A stretch of 10,122 nt of DNA from Candidatus Thorarchaeota archaeon (GTDB taxonomy: Archaea; Asgardarchaeota; Thorarchaeia; Thorarchaeales; Thorarchaeaceae). Positions within the stretch are counted from its first letter, which is position 1; the number at the start of each line of letters is the position of its first letter. The DNA lies in contig JBHLRQ010000112.1 in the NCBI GenBank assembly GCA_048882385.1, forward strand, positions 1 through 10,122, read 5' to 3'. The translations under genes and the position numbers were made by a program. The notes beneath the pieces were generated by a model. It worked only from the letters and a program-made list of their open reading frames with translations. It did not search any database and was not told the DNA's origin. Of the stretch, positions 1 through 6,513 are shown one piece after another.

Positions 1-303
1 TGTGGATTGCTGATTGGAAGTGGTGCTGCGATTGGTTTCAGGTGTGGTCGAGGCAAAGACTCTGTCCCTGAAGACCATCCTACTGAACGAGGAACTGCAA
101 TAGAAATCGTTACTGAAATGTATGAGTATTTCAAGAAAGAGTTTGGAAGTACATCATGCAAAACTCTGAGTAAGACCGATTTTAGTGACGGAGATCAACT
201 TGGAGAATACATCATGGAAAAGAAGTGGAAATCCACCTGTGATATCTTCCTTGGTTTCATTATTAGGAAACTGGTTGCTCTGGTAGAGGAAGGTCGGTTC
301 TAA
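1..303 (+). CDS. C_GCAxxG_C_C family putative redox-active protein, 5'-truncated by the window edge
   Basis: Frame 1 is open from base 1 and reads CGLLIGSGAAIG (the CGAxxG motif), then FKKEFGSTSCKTL and KSTCDIF (the 3rd and 4th family Cys). The ORF-track start at 7 is an edge artefact. Confidence 0.85.
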   Translation, partial: CGLLIGSGAAIGFRCGRGKDSVPEDHPTERGTAIEIVTEMYEYFKKEFGSTSCKTLSKTDFSDGDQLGEYIMEKKWKSTCDIFLGFIIRKLVALVEEGRF

Positions 304-398
304 ACTTGAATTTTCTGTTGTAAAGTGAAATCCAAATGCAAATGCGTTTTAAGAAGCAAACAAGGAAACAATCAGAAATAACAGGAATGATGTCCTAA

Positions 399-1526
399 TT
401 GAAGCCAAGAGAGAGATTTCATCAAGCAGTAAATCATGAAGAACCTGACCGAGTTCCATTGGATTATTGGACAACATATGAAGCATACGAGAATCTTAGG
501 AATCACTTGGGAATCACAGCTCCTGAAACACATCGATGGGGGCTCTTTTCTGAATGGCAGACTTCAGAAGGACTACTGCAACGATTGAATGTTGACTTCA
601 GACATGTCCACATGAAAGCCTTAGCTGATTTTGAACCTAAACCACTCTCTGATGGATCTCTGGAGAGTGAATGGAAATATGGAACGAAGATCATTGGGGA
701 ATATGAGGAGGTCACATACTACCCTTGGGCAGACTTTACAGAAGTTCAACAAATAAATGAGTTTGACTGGCCTGATCCTGAGGAACCATCAAGGATGGAA
801 AGTGTTGGAGCATTAGCGAAAAAGCTTCATGAAGAAACTGATTATGCCGTAGTGGGTTATGGAGGAGGTCCATGGGGTATCGTGGAAATGCCTGCTCACT
901 TCATGAGAGGATTCGATAAGTTCCTTGTTGACCTGCTTCGCCGTCCGGACCTTGCTGAAGCAATGATGGAAAAGAGCATGAAACTGGCAATCGAAATGAA
1001 CCGGGTTTTCTTGGATGAGGTAGGTGAATACTTGGATATCTTCCAATTTGGTGATGACCTTGGTCATCAGAATGGACTTGTCATGAGTCCAAAATTGTAC
1101 AGGAACATGATTAAAGACCGACATAAGAAAATCTATGACGATATACACAGGCGAGCACCCCATGTTAAGATACTCCATCACACTTGTGGAGCAGTGGAGC
1201 CTTTGATACCGGATCTGATAGATGTCGGAGTGGACATTCTGAATCCCGTCCAACCCCTTGCAAAGGGTATGGATTCTGCTACCCTGAAAAAGAAATATGG
1301 TGACAAACTGACATTTCATGGAGGAATTGACATCCAACGTGTAATGGCTGCCCAAGGTTCAATAGAGGATGTTCGTGGAGAGGTTGATACTCGGATAGAT
1401 GCACTTGCCCATGGTGGCGGCTACATATTGGCACCTGCACATAACATTCAATCAGAGTCTACTCCAGAAAAAATCCTGGAATTGTATGATTATGCCTCAA
1501 AGAAAGGCATCTATCCCTTGAAGTAG
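399..1526 (+). CDS. Uroporphyrinogen decarboxylase superfamily protein (URO-D-like / MtaA-CmuA methylcobamide methyltransferase-like), not canonical HemE
   Basis: N-terminal MKPRERF...HEEPDRVP, then GDDLG, HHTCG (H-x-C metal motif), ILNPVQ, FHGGIDIQ and GGGYILAPAHNIQ. The HemE RQAGR motif is absent. TTG start with AGGA upstream. Confidence 0.88.
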   Translation: MKPRERFHQAVNHEEPDRVPLDYWTTYEAYENLRNHLGITAPETHRWGLFSEWQTSEGLLQRLNVDFRHVHMKALADFEPKPLSDGSLESEWKYGTKIIGEYEEVTYYPWADFTEVQQINEFDWPDPEEPSRMESVGALAKKLHEETDYAVVGYGGGPWGIVEMPAHFMRGFDKFLVDLLRRPDLAEAMMEKSMKLAIEMNRVFLDEVGEYLDIFQFGDDLGHQNGLVMSPKLYRNMIKDRHKKIYDDIHRRAPHVKILHHTCGAVEPLIPDLIDVGVDILNPVQPLAKGMDSATLKKKYGDKLTFHGGIDIQRVMAAQGSIEDVRGEVDTRIDALAHGGGYILAPAHNIQSESTPEKILELYDYASKKGIYPLK

Positions 1527-1527
1527 G

Positions 1528-1614
1528 AATGTCATCCAAAACAATTTCTCAAGCATAGTGACTTTTCTGCTCCTTCATCATCTATTTCGCCTTTTCAGCG
1601 GCTTCAGAGGTCAT
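1528..1614 (-). pseudogene. Decayed 5' fragment of a C_GCAxxG_C_C-family gene
   Basis: Reads MTSEAAEKAK*MMKEQKSHYA*EIVLDDI from ATG 1614, preceded by GGGTGA that overlaps the upstream stop. It aligns without gaps to KIMDEQRGSCSQAIF of the paralog at 10122-10078 (24/45 nt identical by hand count). TAT (Tyr) sits at the Cys (TGT) position and there are two in-frame stops. Confidence 0.5.
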
Positions 1615-1617
1615 GAT

Positions 1618-2445
1618 TCACCCAACAAGTGACCACACATACCCCTTCTTCTCTTTTGAGAGTCTTTTTGTAATCTTGTTCTCACTTTCTAAGGCTTTCA
1701 ATGTTTCAGGAATACGATCCTTGCACTCGGCAGAGACCCTGGCTGATTCTTCGATTATCTCTGTGGTTGTTGCCTCTCCCAATTCCTCCAAGATCATAGT
1801 TATTGTCATTCTTGGATCACTCACCTTGATCTGCATTGCTTTCACAATGAAGTAGAATGCAAAGACAACTTCAGTGATGAACGCGATGTACGCACCTAGA
1901 GTTGAAATCCAAAAAGCGAATCCATTCCCAGCTCCTGTCAGATATCCAACCATCGAACTAACAATCATAGCTATTCCAAGAACCCTACTTAGATAGCCGG
2001 AGATATATACGAGATAACCAATCAGACTCATATAGAGAGTATAGAAAACTAGTCCAATTAGAAGCACAGGATAGAAGAATGGGCTACCAAAAAATAGTAA
2101 CACCATTCCAGCAATGAATATCATGAGCTCTATCCACCTTGATAATTGAGCTCCCTTTGACAGTTCCTTCTCAATTGAGGTTAGAGTATTGTTCAACGGA
2201 AATGCAACTATCAGGCTAAACAGACCCATGAAGAACAACGCAACAAGTACACCAATGAACAAAAACACATTGGCTCTAACCGCCTCAAGGGCTGACAACA
2301 TACCTTCACTTGGAATCGGGAAAACTGTGCCAAGTGAGATGTATATTAATGAGCCAAGTGCTAGTCTAACTAGAAGAAAGGCTCCTGAGTTCATTGCACA
2401 TCCTTTTGGTGCGAGTCCTATCTCTTGATTCAATTCGCTTCCCAT
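1618..2445 (-). CDS. DUF4386-like multi-pass membrane protein fused to a C-terminal winged-helix-like domain
   Basis: About 6 hydrophobic segments in aa 21-202, including GYLVYISGYLSRVLG and EVVFAFYFIVKA, which resemble DUF4386. Soluble aa 210-275 has a wHTH-like pattern: ILEELGEATTTEI...RIPETLKALESENKITK...KGYVWSL. Confidence 0.72.
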   Translation of the reverse strand: MGSELNQEIGLAPKGCAMNSGAFLLVRLALGSLIYISLGTVFPIPSEGMLSALEAVRANVFLFIGVLVALFFMGLFSLIVAFPLNNTLTSIEKELSKGAQLSRWIELMIFIAGMVLLFFGSPFFYPVLLIGLVFYTLYMSLIGYLVYISGYLSRVLGIAMIVSSMVGYLTGAGNGFAFWISTLGAYIAFITEVVFAFYFIVKAMQIKVSDPRMTITMILEELGEATTTEIIEESARVSAECKDRIPETLKALESENKITKRLSKEKKGYVWSLVG

Positions 2446-2535
2446 CTCTGGAGATAGAGAAACTTTGCGATAATAATCTGTTTTGGTTCGAAAGAGTTTC
2501 TGAACTTCTTTTCATTTCTTTATATGCAATAATAG

Positions 2536-2570
2536 GCAAAGTCTTATACAGATTATTAACAATAGTTAAT
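2536..2570 (+). promoter_or_regulatory. Putative archaeal BRE/TATA promoter (GCAAAGTCTTATAC) followed by a palindromic operator-like site ATTAAC-N4-GTTAAT
   Basis: Purine-rich BRE-like segment plus TTATA about 25-30 nt upstream of the ATGs at 2575/2578. Perfect 6-4-6 inverted repeat at 2555-2570. Confidence 0.5.
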
Positions 2571-3012
2571 GATTATGATGAATGATGACGAACTAGTAAT
2601 TACAAGAGAGTTTCCAGTTCCAAAGAGTTTGGTTTTTTCAGCTTTAACAGAGCATGACCACATACAGAAATGGAATAGCCCAAAGAACTTTGACGTGACC
2701 TTTAGTGAAGGTTCACTTGAAGTAGGAGGAAAGTATAGCTACGGGATGCGGTCAGGTGATGGTCCCGAATATGTGATGACAGGTAAGTATAAGGAAATCA
2801 GTCAACCTGATAGACTCGTCTACTCACAATCACGAGTAGGTGCTCCCGATTCTGAAACTGAGATTTCTATCTTCCTCGAAGAGAATGAAGGCAAAACAAG
2901 GATGATCTTTCATCACACTGGATTTTCAAGCAAAGAATTCAGAGATGGCGCAATTCATGGGTGGAACGATGCCTTTGAAAAACTTGAACATCATCTCTCA
3001 TCACAAATCTAG
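2569..3012 (+). CDS. SRPBCC / AHSA1-like (START superfamily) ligand-binding domain protein
   Basis: ELVITREFPVPKSLVFSALTE...KW, LEVGGKYSYGM, GKYKEISQPDRLVYS, GKTRMIFHHTGF and GWNDAFEKLE are typical AHSA1 motifs. The true start may be 2575 or 2578. Confidence 0.92.
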   Translation: MIMMNDDELVITREFPVPKSLVFSALTEHDHIQKWNSPKNFDVTFSEGSLEVGGKYSYGMRSGDGPEYVMTGKYKEISQPDRLVYSQSRVGAPDSETEISIFLEENEGKTRMIFHHTGFSSKEFRDGAIHGWNDAFEKLEHHLSSQI

Positions 3013-3027
3013 AGAGATGGTGGTACT

Positions 3028-3450
3028 ATGACAAGAGTAAGAAATGTCGAAACTGTTCGTAACTTCGTCAGATTCCTTGAGCAGAGAAGATTCGATGAAT
3101 TTTCTAAGCTCTTCGCTGAAAATGCCAAATGGCTTCATCCATATAGTTCGGGTCTGTTTCCTGCTGAGTTAGTCGGACAGAGTGCAATACTTCAAGGCAT
3201 TCAAGAAGCTGCCTCTAATTTTGATGACATCCGATTTCCTATTGAAGAGATTCTTCCTTTAGAGGATCCAAATAGAGTTCTGATGAAGCACACTGGAAAA
3301 CTCAAAATATCCAATGGCAAGGGTTTCTATGAAAATGACTACTTGGCTCTTTTCTCATTTGATGAAGGCGGGAAAATAACAGAGTGGATTGAATACTACA
3401 ATCCAATTATCGCAGCAAAAGCATTTGGACTGATGGATAAGATTGCTTAG
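3028..3450 (+). CDS. SnoaL-like / NTF2-fold protein, PhzA/PhzB-like
   Basis: LFAENAKWLHPY...G...I, DPNRVLMK, YENDYLALFSF and GKITEWIEYYNP. Starts 15 nt after the SRPBCC stop with a GGTGG RBS, so probably co-transcribed. Confidence 0.87.
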   Translation: MTRVRNVETVRNFVRFLEQRRFDEFSKLFAENAKWLHPYSSGLFPAELVGQSAILQGIQEAASNFDDIRFPIEEILPLEDPNRVLMKHTGKLKISNGKGFYENDYLALFSFDEGGKITEWIEYYNPIIAAKAFGLMDKIA

Positions 3451-3905
3451 TTTTCCTGAGTATCTCGAATGAACTCTTTAGTTTCCTTAGCAGAAAGGCG
3501 TTTGAATAGTAGGTCCTTAGGCACAAACTCAACTTGACTGACCTCATCATCACTAGGCACAAGATCCTCACCTGTTCCAATATATTCGACCAAGAACATC
3601 GTAGTTTCCTGTTTGTCAAATCCTATTTCATCTCTGATTTCACGGGGAAAATCAAAGCGAACCTTGTCCTCGTATTCCCTGACAATCCTAAACTGGTTTG
3701 ATCCTGTTTCTTCTCTGAGTTCTCTCATAATTGCTTCAAGATTGGACTCGTCGCTTTCTATGACTCCACCTCCTGGAATATGCCATTCAAGTGGTATATC
3801 TACTGGTCCATTTGGCGAATCCATTAGTTTCACCTTACCCACCAGTAGGAATTTATCACCACTGAAGACAATTGCTCCGACTGCTTTTCTGATCATGTGC
3901 ATCAA
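3447..3905 (-). CDS. NUDIX hydrolase, RppH/Ap4A-hydrolase-like
   Basis: Nudix box G-VIESD-E-SNLEAIM-RELREETG. Downstream RFDFP...KQETTMFLVEY.G resembles the RppH subfamily. The start may be ATG 3902 or 3896. Its stop overlaps the convergent SnoaL stop by 4 nt. Confidence 0.9.
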   Translation of the reverse strand: MMHMIRKAVGAIVFSGDKFLLVGKVKLMDSPNGPVDIPLEWHIPGGGVIESDESNLEAIMRELREETGSNQFRIVREYEDKVRFDFPREIRDEIGFDKQETTMFLVEYIGTGEDLVPSDDEVSQVEFVPKDLLFKRLSAKETKEFIRDTQEN

Positions 3906-3960
3906 ACCTATTTTCTCTAGATGTATGTCTTGAAGTAAATGAAACTATTCTATAGGTTGT

Positions 3961-3972
3961 GAAAGACTTATC
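3961..3972 (+). promoter_or_regulatory. Putative BRE/TATA (GAAAGACTTATC) for the methyltransferase gene
   Basis: Same AAAG-W-C-W-TA-W pattern as at 2538-2547 and 8876-8885, each upstream of a + strand gene. Confidence 0.4.
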
Positions 3973-4006
3973 ATCATCTTCTGAAATCTGTGCCATTTAA
4001 TCACCA

Positions 4007-5302
4007 GTGATTAGGAGATGGAGAGTGCCTTCTACAGAAGATGTTCTGTGTTTCTATTGCAATGAATATTTGAAACTAGTTAAAGAGTATCCAGTGAATC
4101 ATGCGACTAACGATGTTCATACCTTTACTCCACGCTGTCATCTTCATTGGAAATATGAATGCGAAAATTGCGGGAATTTGAGGCACTTCAATGGAATTGC
4201 TTGGTGTTCAGATTGCCAGACATTTACCTGTGTCCACTGTGCAGATGAACAAATGGTCAGAAAGAAATTCTTGGTCTATGATTACTACTACAAAATACCC
4301 TGTCAGAAATGCGGGAAGTATAATCCTGCTTTAGACTATGCAGAATATAATGGCGATCATCCAGTACAGCTGGGTGATCTTCGATTAGATGAAGTCAACG
4401 TTTGGAGTTGCGTTTCCAAGGAGGGAGTTACATCTCGAGAATTCCCCAATCAGGCGTGGGGTTCTGAAAGGATTCTCTCACTTGGAAAAAGTCTTGTTAC
4501 TATGCGACTGGAATCTCTCGATGAATACAATCCCAAGTCAGCATGGGATATGATGGCTCCACATTGGCTATCTGTTGAAGAAGAGAATTACCACCATAAG
4601 TTCAGGATACTACCGGATGTGTATCGAATGCTTGATGCGCGGAAGGGTGATGAGATACTAGATGTTGCTTGTGGGAAGGGTGATGTTGCTAGACATCTTG
4701 CGCAAAATGGAGCAAGGGTGACTGGTATTGATATTTCAAAAATGCTGGACTATGCAATTGAGTATGAGGAACAGGAGCCTCTAGGAATAAGGTACCTTCA
4801 ATTGAATGCTGAGAAATTATCGGGGACGTTTGATAATGCCTTCTTCGACAAAGTAGTATGTAATATGGCTTTGATGGACATGGAGAATTTCAAGACAGTA
4901 ATTCAACAAATATCATATTTACTCAAAGAAGATGGTGTCTTTGTCTTCAGTATCCTTCATCCTGCTTTCTCATTTCCAGCTACAAGGGGAATTCGAGTGC
5001 CACACGATAGCGATAGAAATGAGGATCGAATAAGAGTCATCATAGACTATTTTGATGAAAGACCTGTACTCTTCAACATCAAGGGTGAGGTGTTTCCCGA
5101 CGCAAATTATCTCCTCCATTTTCAAAGACCTATCAGCTCATATCTCAATGAACTAGCAAAGAACAACCTCGTCTTGTATGAAACTAGCGAACCAAAAGCT
5201 TCTGAGGAGTTAGTCCACAAATTCCCAAGGAGTGCCTATTGGGATGATGAGAGAAGACCTGAATTTCTTATTGTGAAAGTGGTGAAGAAGTCGGGTATCT
5301 AA
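4007..5302 (+). CDS. Class I SAM-dependent methyltransferase with an N-terminal multi-zinc-finger domain
   Basis: Motif I EILDVACGKG, then VTGIDIS, FDKVVCNMALMD and LLKEDGVFVFS. The N-terminus has C15xxC18, C44xxH47, C52xxC55, C67xxC70, C75xxC78 and C99xxC102. The likely true start is GTG 4025, after AGGAGATGGAGA. Confidence 0.9.
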   Translation: MIRRWRVPSTEDVLCFYCNEYLKLVKEYPVNHATNDVHTFTPRCHLHWKYECENCGNLRHFNGIAWCSDCQTFTCVHCADEQMVRKKFLVYDYYYKIPCQKCGKYNPALDYAEYNGDHPVQLGDLRLDEVNVWSCVSKEGVTSREFPNQAWGSERILSLGKSLVTMRLESLDEYNPKSAWDMMAPHWLSVEEENYHHKFRILPDVYRMLDARKGDEILDVACGKGDVARHLAQNGARVTGIDISKMLDYAIEYEEQEPLGIRYLQLNAEKLSGTFDNAFFDKVVCNMALMDMENFKTVIQQISYLLKEDGVFVFSILHPAFSFPATRGIRVPHDSDRNEDRIRVIIDYFDERPVLFNIKGEVFPDANYLLHFQRPISSYLNELAKNNLVLYETSEPKASEELVHKFPRSAYWDDERRPEFLIVKVVKKSGI

Positions 5303-5486
5303 TCTACACCTCTGATTTAGCGAAGCTTGTTGAAGACGCATTCTAAATAGGGGACGAAAAGGATTGAATTGTCGAATTCCACTGAAAAGCCGTGAAGACA
5401 TTGGAGCTTTTTTCCTAAATGCTGCGTTGAAGTGCACTATTAAATTCCAGTCAGTCTGCTTTTTCGACCAAATAAGGTGACTACTA

Positions 5487-6434
5487 ATGAGGTGGAAGAT
5501 GGGAGCGTTTCATAGTCGAAAGATTCTAGGTCTATGTTTACTGTCCATTCTGGGATTTATACTTCTTACACCGACACCATCGGTAGCAGTAGTTGAACAT
5601 GATGATCTGACTGGTGTTAAAGTTGCTATCTATAATGGAGAAGGTGTGATGATTTCTAGTCGCACAGCACTAACAAGGATGTTTGAATGGATGAACGCAT
5701 CAGTTGAAGAAGTCAATGCTTCTCAAATTCTTGATGGCATCCTTGATGATTACGATATGCTTGTTATTCCTGGTGGATCAGAAACCATTTGTTGTAGTGA
5801 ACTTGATTATATTGAAGGAGTCCGGAAGATTCAGGATTTCGTTAGAAATGGTGGTTCGTATTTTGGTATCTGTGGTGGAGCAACCTATGGGGCGAACTAT
5901 GTAGATTTCTTTAATGGTTCTATGAGCCCAGTGTCTGAACCAGGATCATTAATTCATATGACTACCATGAATGTTAACCAGTCTTCAAATGGGCCTGAAC
6001 TCTCTGACCTACCTGTTAGTTTCGCTACAATGTATTATGGATCTCAATGCTTCATTCCAAGGGCGGGATTTGCAGTACACATTGTAGCCTCTTACGAATA
6101 TAATGACGAAGCTGGAATGATTGCTTTTGAATATGGAAATGGAACAGTCTTCCTTTCGAGTCCCCATCCTGAATATGAGGAAGATAGCGATAGAGATGAC
6201 ACAACATTTGGCGATGATCTTGATGATCCTGAATCAGAGTGGGATCTTCTGCTAAGAGTTTCAAAATGGCTTATTGAGTCCTCTTATGTTGAACCATCGG
6301 GTTCAACAACGACGTCTACGCCCACGCCCACAGCAATCAATACTCTTGATTTGCCGATCATTGCTGTTGCTTCAGCAGGCAGCATAATAGCTGTGTTGGT
6401 TGTTGCTGTTTTCTATCGAAGAATGAATGCATGA
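5487..6434 (+). CDS. Secreted, C-terminally membrane-anchored BPL_N (class I glutamine amidotransferase-like) domain protein
   Basis: Signal-peptide-like N-terminus. Core motifs VAIYNGEG, YDMLVIPGG, IQDFVRNGGSYFGICGGA and GNGTVFLSSPHPE. Ser/Thr/Pro linker, TM helix and RR tail at the C-terminus. AAGGTGA RBS at 5474-5480. Confidence 0.85.
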   Translation: MRWKMGAFHSRKILGLCLLSILGFILLTPTPSVAVVEHDDLTGVKVAIYNGEGVMISSRTALTRMFEWMNASVEEVNASQILDGILDDYDMLVIPGGSETICCSELDYIEGVRKIQDFVRNGGSYFGICGGATYGANYVDFFNGSMSPVSEPGSLIHMTTMNVNQSSNGPELSDLPVSFATMYYGSQCFIPRAGFAVHIVASYEYNDEAGMIAFEYGNGTVFLSSPHPEYEEDSDRDDTTFGDDLDDPESEWDLLLRVSKWLIESSYVEPSGSTTTSTPTPTAINTLDLPIIAVASAGSIIAVLVVAVFYRRMNA

Positions 6435-6513
6435 AACTGCGCAAGTGAACAAGTTTATGGTCACTGAATTTCAGAATCAACCTAGGGCAGTAATCACTCA
6501 ATGGGGATTCGTC

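Noticed and set aside
503-1355. Minus-strand ORFs 503-715 and 813-1355
   Set aside because: Antisense shadows of the well-supported URO-D-like gene, with no motifs.
1580-1610. Hammerhead-like CUGA...stem...GAAA on the minus strand (CUGAA-GCC-loop-GGC-GAAA)
   Set aside because: It lacks the CUGANGA core, and stems I and III are not convincing.
1549-1620. Selenocysteine readthrough of TGA 1620-1618 or TGA 1551-1549, with an AUGA...AA...GA SECIS-like stretch on the minus strand
   Set aside because: The helix after AUGA is only about 4 bp, a TAG follows 11 sense codons after the first TGA, and the second TGA is two codons off the conserved Cys position. A decayed gene explains the sequence better.
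1613-2585. Plus-strand ORFs 1613-1855, 2189-2428 and 2394-2585
   Set aside because: Antisense to the membrane protein gene or spanning the promoter region, with no recognisable features.
3028-3450. Phenazine biosynthesis locus
   Set aside because: Only a PhzA/B-like fold is present, with no phzD, E, F or G in the window.
3407-3933. ORFs 3407-3619 (-) and 3613-3933 (+)
   Set aside because: Alternate-frame or antisense overlaps of the NUDIX gene.
5370-5400. Archaeal SECIS-like GAA bulge within the hairpin
   Set aside because: Neither neighbouring gene has an internal in-frame UGA, and the GC-rich stem after GAA is missing.
6427-6513. 29-aa N-terminal extension of the GNAT given by the ORF track
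   Set aside because: The stretch contains a TATA-like element and an RBS pointing to ATG 6514, so it is more likely non-coding.
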